Positions 49,190 to 59,114 of a stretch of DNA of 64,000 nt are shown one piece after another. The notes under the pieces are model-generated. The model saw only the letters and a program-made list of their open reading frames with translations, did not search any database and was not told the origin of the DNA. Origin of the DNA: Candidatus Aegiribacteria sp. (GTDB lineage: Bacteria > Fermentibacterota > Fermentibacteria > Fermentibacterales > JCC-6); contig JAWOBF010000059.1 of assembly GCA_046498225.1 (NCBI GenBank), positions 1 through 64,000 on the forward strand, in the 5' to 3' direction. How positions within the stretch are numbered: position 1 is the stretch's first letter; every line of letters begins with the position of its first letter. The translations under genes were made by a program, and so were the position numbers.

Positions 49190-50125
49190 CTACCTGGCTT
49201 CCATCCAGGTGAACCCCGCCGCGTCCATCCACCGTGTCGGGGAGGACGCAGCGAAATCAATATCTTCGATGACGCTGGCAGCCGCTTCCGCGGGCTCCAG
49301 CCCGTTCTCAAGTATCTGGTTCAGGTAGAATATCTCGATGATGCCGCTGGCTCCCCAGTCCACACTGTTGGTGTATCCCGATACAAGGAATCCCGAAGGC
49401 CAGGTCTCTCTTGAGTCGATAATCGCCCGTGGAAGGTTCCCGGCCATTATTTCGCAGCAGCTGAAATGCACCATGGCCAGGTTGCCGCAAGGTTCTATGG
49501 CCTTAAGGAAATCCCGCTGCGAAACCGTCCCCGAAGCCAGCTCTATACCCGCGGGTGTTCCATGGGAGGCGATGACGAGGTAGAGGTCTCCCGGCAGTCC
49601 GGAGGATTCCAGACAGAACTGCTTCAGGTCGTCCCCGTCGTGGATGAACCTGTGCCTCACCGAGACTCCCGGAGCCCTGGCGAACCAGCTTGCCAGCATC
49701 TCTCCAAAGGAGTACTCGTCATCGCTGAGGGAGGACTGCCATTCGGACTCCAGTACCACAAGCCAGTTGGAGGGGGCCATGCCGGAGCCGGTCCTGTATC
49801 CCTCCCACTCGTGCCAGGCTCCTCCTCCATCCGGTCTCCAGTTCCCGCTGATCCGGTTCCCGTCATCGGAAAGCCGGAACCAGCCCTCTCCGGAAGCGGA
49901 GGGCTCGGTGTAGGTGAACACCAGCCTTCCGTCGTCTTCGACCCCGCCTCGAATGGTGGAGTACCCTCCCAGGGTGTAGTATCCGCTCACGGAACCGTTC
50001 TCCTGAAAAAGGACCAGCGTGCCGTATGTGGTATCCCAGGTCCCGGAGAAATCGACCGCTTCCTCCGCCGGGGCGGACAGCGGCAGGAACAGGGCCGCCG
50101 CCATCACCGGAGCGAGACCCCTCAT
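49190..50125 (-). CDS. Secreted protein: small beta domain plus caspase-like (His/Cys) domain
   Basis: Signal peptide; FSGTWDTTYG beta domain; VIASHG and HFSCCE; SGYTNSVDW. Confidence 0.6.
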   Translation of the reverse strand: MRGLAPVMAAALFLPLSAPAEEAVDFSGTWDTTYGTLVLFQENGSVSGYYTLGGYSTIRGGVEDDGRLVFTYTEPSASGEGWFRLSDDGNRISGNWRPDGGGAWHEWEGYRTGSGMAPSNWLVVLESEWQSSLSDDEYSFGEMLASWFARAPGVSVRHRFIHDGDDLKQFCLESSGLPGDLYLVIASHGTPAGIELASGTVSQRDFLKAIEPCGNLAMVHFSCCEIMAGNLPRAIIDSRETWPSGFLVSGYTNSVDWGASGIIEIFYLNQILENGLEPAEAAASVIEDIDFAASSPTRWMDAAGFTWMEAR

Positions 50126-51909
50126 TCGAGGATCGCCCTTATCCTGCGGACACCCCTTGAGGAGCTCTTCTCCTTGAGTATTCTAAAATGGCCCAGCTCA
50201 CCGGTCCTGGACACATGGGGCCCTCCGCATATCTCCAGAGAGTAATCACCTATACGGTAGACCTTCACCCTGTCACCGTACCTGCTGCGGAAAAGTCCAA
50301 TCGCCCCCTCGTCCAGGGCCTCCTCCAGCAGCTTCTCCTCGCAGACCACCGGCAGGTCGGCCTCTATCATCCGGTTGACCGATCGCTCCACCTGTTCTAT
50401 CTCGCTGTCGGTCATCGCCTCGGAGTGGCTGAAGTCGAACCTGAGCCTCTTCTCCGTGATGTTGCTTCCCTTCTGCTCCACATGGTCTCCCAGTACCTCC
50501 CTCAGGGCCTGGTGAAGAAGGTGTGTGGCGGTGTGAAGCCTGGTTACCATCCGGCTGTTGTCCGCCAGACCGCCGCTGAACTTTTTCTCGCTGCCCTGCC
50601 GGGAAAGTTCCCTGTGCTTGTCGAATGCTTTTCTGTAACCTTCCATGTCGACGGTCATGCCGTGCTCGGAGGCCAGCTCGCCGGTGAATTCCACCGGGAA
50701 ACCGTACGTGTCGTACAGCCTGAAGGCTACTCTGCCGGGAATTATTCCTGACGGGTTCTTCAGCAGGTTGGGAAGCAGTTTCTCGAACTCCCTCAGGCCG
50801 GCCTGGAGGGTCGCCTCGAACCTCTCTTCCTCCCCGGCCAGCTCCCCTATCACGAAATCCCTGTTCCTTTCCAGCTCCTCATGCACCGGGGACTCGGTCT
50901 GTATGACCAGTTCCGCCAGCCTGTGGGTGAACGGCTCCTCTATGCCCAGCTTCCTTCCGTGCCTTATAGCGAGGCGAACCAGCCTTCGAAGGACGTAGCC
51001 CCTGTCCAGGTTGGAGGGGGGTACCCCCTGGTCGTCGCCCAGTATATGGGTGGCTGTCCGGATATGGTCGGAGATTATTCGAAGCGAGCGCAGCGACAAG
51101 GGATCCGGGCTGGAGCCAATTCCGGCGAGCTTTCTCAGGAAGCCGAAAAGGGGCCGGAACTGGGGTATGTCGTAGATGGAATCTTTTCCGTTCATCATGG
51201 CCACCGTCCTGGCTACCCCCATTCCGGTGTCCACGTTCTTCTGCTTCAGGGGCACGAAAGTTCCCTCAGTTGTCTTGCGGTACTCCATGAAGACGTCGTT
51301 CCATATCTCGAAGAACCTGCCGCAGCCGCAGCCGGGCCTGCATTCCGGCCCGCAGGAGGGTCTGCCCGTATCGATGAACATCTCCGTGTCCGGCCCGCAG
51401 GGTCCCGTGGCCCCAGTCGGACCCCACCAGTTATCCTCCCTGGCCAGGAAGTATATCCGGTCGCGGGAAACCCCCACCTCCTCCCACAGGGCCGCGGCCT
51501 CCTCGTCGGGCGGCACCTGGTCGTCACCGGCGAAGACCGTGACATGGAGCTTCTCGGGGTTGAAACCCAGCCAGTCGCTGTCGGTAAGGAACTGGAAGCT
51601 CCATTCGATTGACTCCCTCTTGAAGTAATCACCCAGCGACCAGTTGCCCAGCATCTCGAAGAAGGTCAGGTGGGAGGAATCCCCCACTTCTTCGATGTCG
51701 CCTGTCCTTATGCACTTCTGCACGTTCACCAGCCTGCTGCCTGCGGGATGCCTCTCCCCCAGCAGGTAGGGAACCAGGGGCTGCATGCCCGCGGGAGTGA
51801 AGAGTATGGTGGAATCCTCCTGCGGTATCAGGGAGGCCCCCTGTATCAGGGCATGTCCCTTTCCGGTAAAAAAATCGAAATAGAGCTGCTTCAGTTCTTC
51901 TGCGGTCAT
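50122..51909 (-). CDS. alaS: Alanine-tRNA ligase (short form without C-Ala domain)
   Basis: LFTPAGMQP, HLTFFEMLGN, GPCGP, DTGMG, LYDTYGFP, HTATHLL, ICGGPHV; ends at GVRRIRAILE. Confidence 0.96.
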   Translation of the reverse strand: MTAEELKQLYFDFFTGKGHALIQGASLIPQEDSTILFTPAGMQPLVPYLLGERHPAGSRLVNVQKCIRTGDIEEVGDSSHLTFFEMLGNWSLGDYFKRESIEWSFQFLTDSDWLGFNPEKLHVTVFAGDDQVPPDEEAAALWEEVGVSRDRIYFLAREDNWWGPTGATGPCGPDTEMFIDTGRPSCGPECRPGCGCGRFFEIWNDVFMEYRKTTEGTFVPLKQKNVDTGMGVARTVAMMNGKDSIYDIPQFRPLFGFLRKLAGIGSSPDPLSLRSLRIISDHIRTATHILGDDQGVPPSNLDRGYVLRRLVRLAIRHGRKLGIEEPFTHRLAELVIQTESPVHEELERNRDFVIGELAGEEERFEATLQAGLREFEKLLPNLLKNPSGIIPGRVAFRLYDTYGFPVEFTGELASEHGMTVDMEGYRKAFDKHRELSRQGSEKKFSGGLADNSRMVTRLHTATHLLHQALREVLGDHVEQKGSNITEKRLRFDFSHSEAMTDSEIEQVERSVNRMIEADLPVVCEEKLLEEALDEGAIGLFRSRYGDRVKVYRIGDYSLEICGGPHVSRTGELGHFRILKEKSSSRGVRRIRAILE

Positions 51910-51934
51910 TGCCTGTCCTCAGTCATTCCAATAG

Positions 51935-53062
51935 CTATTGAACATCCTTCTGAAATATCCTGTAGGTCCTGTACTGGTCCGCCTTCAGGTCCCTCTCCAG
52001 TATCCTCCTCATGGACAGGTTGTCGTCCAGTATCCAGGAGAGTTCACCCCATATCACTCCCTGTTCCACATTGGACTTGATTATCCTGTCTATCAGGAGC
52101 GCTTCGAATCCTCTGCCGCGGTAAGCGTTCCTGACGCCCAGCAGCAGGACCCTGCTCCGGTCTATGTTTACCCTGAAGAACGGTACCTTCAGGGCGAGAA
52201 TAGCCTTCAGGAGGCTTCCCCCCGCCCTTTTGAATGCCTGGTTGGCGTCGGGCAGGGAAACTGCGAAAGCCACCGGCTCCCCGTCAACTTCAACGATGGG
52301 GGCCATTCGAGGGACCATGATCATCTTCAGCTCGTCGGCCATCATGTCCAGCTCTTCCTTGGTCATGGGCACGAACCCCCAGTTGTCCCGCCAGCATTCG
52401 TTGTAGATGTCCATGATCAGCGGAACTTCCTGGTGTATCCTCTTTCTGGAGATATCCCGGAGGACCGCGCTGCTTCTTCTGCGGACCATATCCGCGACCC
52501 TGGACATTCGGGAGTCCACGGCAAGCGAGGACCTGAGACTGTAGGCGTAGAGGTCCTTTATGGGGGCGAAACCTGAACCTTCCAGCAGGTCTTCGTACCA
52601 TGGGGGATTGTAGGGCATCATAATCAGCGGGGGTCCGTCGAAACCCTTTACCAGGAGTCCGCACTCCTCGTTGGTGGAGAAGTTCATCGGCCCTCTGATC
52701 CTTTCCATGCCGGCGGCTTCAAGCTCTTTCTGGCAGGCTTCCAGCAGGCACCGGGTAAGTCGAAGGTCGTTCTCCATCTCCATGAACCCGAAAAAACCGG
52801 TCTTCTCATCATGGTATTCGTTGTGAGCGTGGTTGACTATGGACGCCACCCTGCCCCGTACGGTCCCTTCCCCGTCCCTGGCAAGGAAGTACTCCACATC
52901 GGCGTGGCGATGGAAGGGGTGCTTGCTCCTGTCCAGGAGCTGACGCTGGAGATATTTGACCGGGGGAACCCAGTTCGGGTCATCCCTGTAAAGTCTGAAA
53001 GGAAGGTCGACGAAGCGGTTCAGCTTTTCCCGGCTGGCGACCCTCTCGATGGTAAACGGCAT
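51935..53062 (-). CDS. GNAT-like N-acyltransferase, probable bacterial ceramide synthase (bCerS)
   Basis: DPNWVPP, GFFGF.E, GPMNFSTNEECGLLV.GF, MPYNPPWY, NWGFVPMT, YRGRG, ELSWILDDN; 13 nt downstream of spt. Confidence 0.75.
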   Translation of the reverse strand: MPFTIERVASREKLNRFVDLPFRLYRDDPNWVPPVKYLQRQLLDRSKHPFHRHADVEYFLARDGEGTVRGRVASIVNHAHNEYHDEKTGFFGFMEMENDLRLTRCLLEACQKELEAAGMERIRGPMNFSTNEECGLLVKGFDGPPLIMMPYNPPWYEDLLEGSGFAPIKDLYAYSLRSSLAVDSRMSRVADMVRRRSSAVLRDISRKRIHQEVPLIMDIYNECWRDNWGFVPMTKEELDMMADELKMIMVPRMAPIVEVDGEPVAFAVSLPDANQAFKRAGGSLLKAILALKVPFFRVNIDRSRVLLLGVRNAYRGRGFEALLIDRIIKSNVEQGVIWGELSWILDDNLSMRRILERDLKADQYRTYRIFQKDVQ

Positions 53063-53075
53063 GGGACCTCCAGGA

Positions 53076-54269
53076 TCAGATTATGTCCAGCGCTTTTCCG
53101 CACTTCTCGAAGATCTCCAGGGCCTGATCGATCATTGGATCGGTGTGGGTAGCCATGTAGCTGGTCCTGAGCATCTCTCCTCCGCTTGCCACCGCCGGGC
53201 TCACCACTGGATTGGTGAACACACCCGACTTGTAGAGGCTCTTCCAGAAGAGAAGGGTCTGGACCTCGTCGCCGATGATGATGGGAACTATGGGAGCCTC
53301 TGAATTGCCCACGTTGTATCCCATGGAGGCCAGTCCCCGCCTGGCCCTCTCCGCGGCGTGATGCGACCTGGCCACCAGCTCCGGTTCCCGTTCAAGGACA
53401 TCGAGGGCGGCTATCACGGTGGCCACCGCCGCGGGGGGAAGACTGGCGGAGAATATCATGGTCCTGGCGGTGTGCTTGATGTATTCCATGACCCGGGCGG
53501 GACCGGCGGCGAAGCCTCCCACGCAGGCGAATGATTTGCTGAACGTTCCCACCAGTATGTCGATATCGTCATGACACCCGAAATGCTCCGCAGTGCCCCT
53601 TCCCCTCGGACCCATGGCGCCCACGCCGTGGGCATCGTCCACTATGAGCCTTACGCCGAACTCCCTGCTGATGTCCACCAGGCCGGGAATGTCCGCCAGG
53701 TCGCCCTCCATGCTGAAGACTCCGTCGGTTACTATGACTCCGGGATGCTCCCGGTTGTTCTCCAGCATGTACCTCAGATGCTCCAGATCGTTGTGCCTGT
53801 ATTTGAGCACCCTTCCGTAGCTCATCCTGGAGCCGTCTATGATGGAGGCGTGGTCCATCCGGTCGAGATAGATGATGTCGTTCCTCCCGGCGATGGTGGA
53901 TATCACGCCCATGTTGGACTGGAATCCGGTACTGAAGGTGATGGCCATCTCCTTGTCGAGGAACCGGGCCAGCTTCTGCTCCAGTTCTATATGAAGGTCC
54001 AGCGTGCCGTTGAGAAAACGGCTTCCGGTACAGCCTGTCCCGTACCTGTCTATGGCCTCTCTGGCACTGGCCATCACTTCCGGATGGTCTGTCAGCCCCA
54101 GGTAGTTGTTGGAGCCCAGCATGATGATGCTGTGGCCCTCTATCTCCATCTCCGCCCCCACATGCCCGCTCAGGGGAACGAAATATGGGTACAGGCCGGC
54201 TTTCTGGACCTTGTCCAGTCTCTCGTAGTCAAAACACTTCTGAAAGACGTCATTCGGCGATAGGATCAT
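53076..54269 (-). CDS. spt: Serine palmitoyltransferase-like alpha-oxoamine synthase
   Basis: YPYF, GSNNYLGL, GTGCTGSRFLNGT, DHASIIDG, DGVFSMEGD, DDAHG, GTFSKSF (PLP lysine), FSASLPP. Confidence 0.82.
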   Translation of the reverse strand: MILSPNDVFQKCFDYERLDKVQKAGLYPYFVPLSGHVGAEMEIEGHSIIMLGSNNYLGLTDHPEVMASAREAIDRYGTGCTGSRFLNGTLDLHIELEQKLARFLDKEMAITFSTGFQSNMGVISTIAGRNDIIYLDRMDHASIIDGSRMSYGRVLKYRHNDLEHLRYMLENNREHPGVIVTDGVFSMEGDLADIPGLVDISREFGVRLIVDDAHGVGAMGPRGRGTAEHFGCHDDIDILVGTFSKSFACVGGFAAGPARVMEYIKHTARTMIFSASLPPAAVATVIAALDVLEREPELVARSHHAAERARRGLASMGYNVGNSEAPIVPIIIGDEVQTLLFWKSLYKSGVFTNPVVSPAVASGGEMLRTSYMATHTDPMIDQALEIFEKCGKALDII

Positions 54270-54280
54270 TAGTGCACCTT

Positions 54281-54344
54281 GTCAATAATTGAGTCAATAT
54301 GTAGCATTGCGCAAGAAGTTAATCAGGATACCCTCTGAAGTCAA
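54281..54344. promoter_or_regulatory. Divergent spt/reductase control region with palindromes
   Basis: ATTGAGTCAAT (54288-54298), TTGCGCAA (54307-54314), three GTCAA copies (TTGAC on the minus strand). Confidence 0.35.
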
Positions 54345-54361
54345 CGGATTCCGGGGTGGTT

Positions 54362-55294
54362 ATGGGAACAACGGTCATCACTGGAGCTTCCGGCTTCCTG
54401 GGCAGCCACGTGGCCGAAACGCTCATTTCGGAAGGCGGAGATGTACTGGCCATGCTGCGCCCCACCTCATCCCCGGCCTTGGTTCCCGCGGGGTGCCCCA
54501 CCGCCCGGGTGGATTTCATGGACCCCTCTTCCATGGAGGAAGCCGTCTCGGGAGCGGGAGTGATCGTTCACGCGGCGGGAGCCACCAGCGCGGTGAGCCA
54601 GGAGGAGTTCGACAGGGCCAACGCTCTGGTGACCAGGAACATGCTGGCGGCACGTAATATGTACGCGAAGGATTCCCTTTTCATCTACATCTCCAGTCAG
54701 GCCGCCTCCGGACCTTCCGGATGCGGCCCCGTTACCGCCTACGGCAGGAGCAAACTCCTGGGTGAGCTGGCGGTGAAGGAGACGGGTAACTGGGTTATCG
54801 TTCGCCCTCCGGCAATCTTCGGACCGGGAGACCCGGCGTCCGCTCCGGTACTGAGAATGGCCCTGAAGGGCCTGTTCTTCTCACCCTGGATGAACAGGGG
54901 AGGGTTCTGCCTTGTCTTCGCACGCGACCTGGCGAGACTTACTGCGGACCTTCCCGACTTCCCGGATACCGTGGGAAAAACCCTGGAACCCTCCTACGGC
55001 AGACTCTATTCATGGAAGGATTTCCATCGTATACTGGAGAGGGCTTCGGGCAGAAGGATACTCCACGTGCGGGTGCCCCCCCTCCTGGTCCAGGCGGCGG
55101 GATTCATGAACGAGGCGCTTTCGTCCTTCGTGGGCAGGACGCCGTTCTTCTGCAGGGAAAAATGCAGGGAACTGCTGGCCTGCGGCTGGGAAGTGGAGGA
55201 TGGTCTGACCCGCCGTCTCACCGGATGGGAACCGTCCCTGACGGTGGAGGAGGCCATGGCCGAAACCCTGCGGTGGGTAGGGGGCCGCGGCTGA
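54362..55294 (+). CDS. NAD(P)-dependent extended SDR, probable ceramide reductase (CerR-like)
   Basis: ITGASGFLG, HAAG, ISSQAA, YGRSK, VRPPAIFGPGD; divergent from spt. Confidence 0.7.
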   Translation: MGTTVITGASGFLGSHVAETLISEGGDVLAMLRPTSSPALVPAGCPTARVDFMDPSSMEEAVSGAGVIVHAAGATSAVSQEEFDRANALVTRNMLAARNMYAKDSLFIYISSQAASGPSGCGPVTAYGRSKLLGELAVKETGNWVIVRPPAIFGPGDPASAPVLRMALKGLFFSPWMNRGGFCLVFARDLARLTADLPDFPDTVGKTLEPSYGRLYSWKDFHRILERASGRRILHVRVPPLLVQAAGFMNEALSSFVGRTPFFCREKCRELLACGWEVEDGLTRRLTGWEPSLTVEEAMAETLRWVGGRG

Positions 55295-55303
55295 AAGAGG
55301 GTC

Positions 55304-55795
55304 CTACCTCTTGTACCCTATTCTCCTGAGGAGTTCTTTCCGGTTCTGGATGTCCTCCTCTATCTCCACGGCCAGCGGGGGCTCTCCGTCGATTATCCCC
55401 ATGACCCCTCCCCCCTGGTCGGTCCTGCCGACCAGGACCTGAACGGGATTAGCCGTGGCGCAGTATATTCGGCACACCTCCGGAACGGTCTTGACCTGAT
55501 TGAGTATCTGAATGGGGAAAACTCCATTGAGGACTATCATGAATGTATGGCCGCATCCAAGCCTGAGAAGGTTGTTTTCCGCAACCTCCCGGAGTTCCGC
55601 GCTGGTGCCGTCACTCCTTACCAGCCGCGGGCCGGAAGCCTCGGAAAAGGCCAGCCCGAACTCGGCTCCGGGGACCGTACCGGCCACAGCTTCGTAGAGG
55701 TCCTCCACCGTCTTGATGAAATGGGACTGCCCCAGGATGATGTTGCAGCCCTCGGGAAAGTCCAGTCCAACGACGTCCATCACCGGTCCGTCCAC
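55304..55795 (-). CDS. Adenosine-specific kinase family protein (DUF355)
   Basis: NIILGQSHFIKTVEDL, FSEASG, CATANP, GIIDG, IGYKR. Confidence 0.9.
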   Translation of the reverse strand: MDGPVMDVVGLDFPEGCNIILGQSHFIKTVEDLYEAVAGTVPGAEFGLAFSEASGPRLVRSDGTSAELREVAENNLLRLGCGHTFMIVLNGVFPIQILNQVKTVPEVCRIYCATANPVQVLVGRTDQGGGVMGIIDGEPPLAVEIEEDIQNRKELLRRIGYKR

Positions 55796-55871
55796 TCTTA
55801 TCCCTCTTTTCTGTATATTTAGTAATAAGAATTATTAATTTGATACAAATGCTAAAATGCAAGACCTGACC

Positions 55872-57308
55872 CTAGAATCTCCTTCTCTTTCTGGCGGGGG
55901 GTATGTTCATCTCGGCCCGGTAGTTGGCCACCGTCCTTCGCTTGACCTCCATGCCGGAGGCTTTCAGAGCCTCCACCAGCCTGGCGTCGGACAGGGGTCT
56001 CTTCTTGTCCTCCGAGTCGATTATCCTTCGAAGTTCGTCCTTTACGGTCCTGCTGGATATTTCCCCGGTCTCACCGGTAAGAGCCCTGCTGAAGAAGAAC
56101 CTCATTTCATGTATGCCCCGGGGGGACTGAACATACTTGCCCTTGATGGCCCTGCTGATGGTGGACTGGTTGTATCCCAGGGCGTCAGCCACCATCTGCA
56201 GCGTCAGAGGGCGCAGTCCCTCCAGGCCGTGTTCGAAGAAATCTCTCTGATAGTCGGCCAGGAAGCCTCCTATCCTGGTAACCGTCTCCTGCCGCTGTCT
56301 TATGGCCTTTATGAACCATGAAGCCTTCTGGTACTTCTTCCTGACGTACTCCTTCTCCCTCTCGCTGCTGTTCGGGGATTCCAGTATTCTCCTGTTCCTC
56401 TCGGAAATCATGAGGTGGGGAAACCTGCTGTCGTTGAGAACGGCTTCGTACCTGCCTTCTATCTCCATTATTATCACGTCTGGTATCACCGCCGCGTTGG
56501 AGGAGGAGGAGAACTCGTTGCCGGGCCAGGGGTTCAGGACGGATATCCTGTCCATGGCCTCCTGCACGGCGTGGGGTGATACACCTTCGGCCGCGGCGAT
56601 ATCGCGGACCCTGCGCTCGGCCAGTTCGCTGAAATGGTCGGAGACTATCCGGTACTCCAGGCTTTCCCGGGAATAGCCCAGCTTTTCCAGCTGCATCTGC
56701 AGCGCTCCGGAAGCGTTCAGGGCGCCGACACCCACGGGCTCCAGCGAACGCACTATTTGCAGGGCCTTTCTCAGAAGGGCCGGATCTCCCTCCCAGCCGG
56801 TTTCCAGCTCGAACATGGGAAGGGAGAGGAGTCCGTGCCTGTCCAGGGAATAGACCATATAGACCACCGCCTCCTCCAGCTCCCGGGGAAGCCTCAGAGA
56901 CCACACCTGGTCCAGCAGGTACTGGTACAGTGTGGGTTCGTTGGGAGGTTCCGGCATCCAGGGTTCGTCATCATCCCGGTACGACCCGGTGTAACTGTCC
57001 CCGGAGTGCTCGTCCAGCCTTTTCAGGATGTCCAGGGTGTCATCCTCCTTGCTGTCGCTCCTGGATGGTTCCTCGTCCCACTGGTCCGATTCCCCGGAAT
57101 ACTCATCCTCCCCGTCCGTTTTTCCCGGGACGTCATCGGGGCTCTTCTGCTCCAGCAGGGGATTCTCCTGCAGCTCCTGCCTGATCATGTTCTCCAGGTC
57201 CATGGACGGCAGCTGAAGTATCTCCAGGGCCTGCCTGATCTTCTGGGTAAGGGCCAGTTTCTGGGTCTGGGTCATCCTGATGTTCTGATCGAGCCTGAAC
57301 TCCGGCAT
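55872..57308 (-). CDS. rpoN: RNA polymerase sigma-54 factor
   Basis: Gln-rich N-terminus, LQENPLLE, LEPVGVGA, PLTL, STISRA, PLSD, RRTVANYR RpoN box. Confidence 0.95.
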   Translation of the reverse strand: MPEFRLDQNIRMTQTQKLALTQKIRQALEILQLPSMDLENMIRQELQENPLLEQKSPDDVPGKTDGEDEYSGESDQWDEEPSRSDSKEDDTLDILKRLDEHSGDSYTGSYRDDDEPWMPEPPNEPTLYQYLLDQVWSLRLPRELEEAVVYMVYSLDRHGLLSLPMFELETGWEGDPALLRKALQIVRSLEPVGVGALNASGALQMQLEKLGYSRESLEYRIVSDHFSELAERRVRDIAAAEGVSPHAVQEAMDRISVLNPWPGNEFSSSSNAAVIPDVIIMEIEGRYEAVLNDSRFPHLMISERNRRILESPNSSEREKEYVRKKYQKASWFIKAIRQRQETVTRIGGFLADYQRDFFEHGLEGLRPLTLQMVADALGYNQSTISRAIKGKYVQSPRGIHEMRFFFSRALTGETGEISSRTVKDELRRIIDSEDKKRPLSDARLVEALKASGMEVKRRTVANYRAEMNIPPARKRRRF

Positions 57309-57309
57309 G

Positions 57310-58062
57310 CTAGAGCCTGAACCTCTCTCCCAGGTAGATCTTGCGGGCTTCCGGATCCTCGGCCAGTTCATTGGCGGACCCGGATATCAGTATCCTTCCA
57401 TCGTACATTATGTATGCCCTGTCGGTAATCGCAAGGGTCTCCCTCACGTTGTGGTCGGTTATGAGTATTCCCAGGTTCCTGGCCCTCAGGTCCCGGACTA
57501 TGCTCTGAATGTCATCCACGGCTATCGGGTCGATGCCGGCGAAGGGTTCGTCCAGAAGGAGGAAGGCAGGGTCGGTGACCAGGGCCCTGGCTATCTCCAC
57601 CCTTCTCCTCTCACCTCCGGAGAGGGTATAGGCCTTCTGGTCCGCCACCTTCTCTATACCCAGGTCTGCAAGCAGGGCCGCCTGTCTCTTCCTCCTCTCC
57701 CGCCTGGTGAGCCCGGTGGTCTCCAGAATGCTCATCAGATTGTCCGCCACCGTCATCTTTCGAAAGACGCTGGATTCCTGGGGAAGGTATCCGATGCCCA
57801 GCCTGCATCGTTTGTACATCGGAAGGTTGGTGAGGGTTGTGTCGTCCATGTACACATCGCCTGAATCAGGTCTTATGAAACCGACTATCTGGTTGAACGT
57901 GGTAGTCTTCCCGGCGCCGTTGGGTCCCAGCAGACCTACTATCTCCCCCCTGCTCACCGAGATGGACACACCGTTGACCACGGCCCTCTTCCTGTATTTC
58001 TTCACAAGCTCCTCGGTCCTCAGTATCCCCGGGCCGTTCCCCGTCTTCTTCTCCCTGCTCAA
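57310..58062 (-). CDS. lptB: LPS export ABC transporter ATPase LptB
   Basis: [46 protein letters not shown]; lptB-rpoN synteny. Confidence 0.96.
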   Translation of the reverse strand: MSREKKTGNGPGILRTEELVKKYRKRAVVNGVSISVSRGEIVGLLGPNGAGKTTTFNQIVGFIRPDSGDVYMDDTTLTNLPMYKRCRLGIGYLPQESSVFRKMTVADNLMSILETTGLTRRERRKRQAALLADLGIEKVADQKAYTLSGGERRRVEIARALVTDPAFLLLDEPFAGIDPIAVDDIQSIVRDLRARNLGILITDHNVRETLAITDRAYIMYDGRILISGSANELAEDPEARKIYLGERFRL

Positions 58063-59114
58063 AGGCTGCCTCCAAGATAGCTGTAAGTGCCTCTCACGTT
58101 TCCCGATACTATAACCTCCACCGCTTCTCCGTCCTGGAAGCTGATGCTCAGGCTGTTGCCCCTGACGGTATTCATCTCCTCCCTCTCCGCCGCCTCTCCA
58201 CCCGACTTCATTCGCAGGAGGGCCGAGCCTGTGAGCATCACCGAATCGGGGCTGCCCCCCTCGAACGCGAAGTAGGCTCTGCTGGATGAGAACCAGGTCT
58301 CGGCGGGCGGTGAGGGACCGGTGTCCAGGAAGTAACCGGACGCCCCACCCTCCACCCTTACCCAGAGAGGGTCGCCGCTGCTGTCCAGCTGGACTTCCAT
58401 CCAGTCACCGGAGAGCCTGCTCTCCTCGGATTCGAGAACCGGCGAGCCGAAGAACTCGAACCTCTCCTCGTCCCCGAAGTACCTCAGGTACTCCGAGGTA
58501 GAGATGAATTCCCTCGCGGGCATGAGGACGGTGGCGTTGCCCTGGGCCTCGGCGGAGTTGTCATCCGGGAAGAATTCCAGCCTGTCCGCCGTCACGGTGA
58601 GGCTGTCCCCGTCCACCACCCTTCTCAGGACAGGGTCCACGGTAATGAACAGGCTTCCCCTCGCACGGTCGTAAAGCGCGTACTGGCCCTCCACGTGTCC
58701 CACCGACGGGCCGGTCATCACCACATCCTCCCTGGCGGTGGCCTTTCCGGACTGGCGGAAATAGACTACTTCGCGGGCGCTGAGGACGGTGGAGCCGTCG
58801 GTGAGGACCACGTCCCCCGTCATGGTCACCATTCCCGCGTCCCTCACGTACTCCAGGTAACGGGACGTCCCGGTGAGGGTATCGGTGGTGACCCTGACGT
58901 CTCCGTAGAAACTGGCGTTTCCGGAATTCTGCCAGACGGTGCCGCTGTCGGAGGTCACGGTCACTTCCCCGTCGGTCACGGAAACGCTTCCCACCAGGTC
59001 TATTACCAGCTCACCGTCCTCCGCGCTGCGGCTGGTCGCCCGGTCGGCGGTGGTGGTGAAAACCCCGGCACCCACCAGCAGCAGCCAGCAGAGGAAGCAG
59101 GTGAGACTACTCAA
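58059..59114 (-). CDS. LptA/OstA-like beta-jellyroll protein (extended)
   Basis: Signal peptide; repeated TADR, G.V.V, TGDVV beta motifs; lies between lptC and lptB. Confidence 0.78.
   Translation of the reverse strand: MSSLTCFLCWLLLVGAGVFTTTADRATSRSAEDGELVIDLVGSVSVTDGEVTVTSDSGTVWQNSGNASFYGDVRVTTDTLTGTSRYLEYVRDAGMVTMTGDVVLTDGSTVLSAREVVYFRQSGKATAREDVVMTGPSVGHVEGQYALYDRARGSLFITVDPVLRRVVDGDSLTVTADRLEFFPDDNSAEAQGNATVLMPAREFISTSEYLRYFGDEERFEFFGSPVLESEESRLSGDWMEVQLDSSGDPLWVRVEGGASGYFLDTGPSPPAETWFSSSRAYFAFEGGSPDSVMLTGSALLRMKSGGEAAEREEMNTVRGNSLSISFQDGEAVEVIVSGNVRGTYSYLGGSL

Noticed and set aside
53076..54269. BioF or Kbl assignment
   Set aside because: GSRFLNGT motif, bCerS-like neighbour and absence of bio or tdh genes favour SPT; not fully excluded without phylogeny
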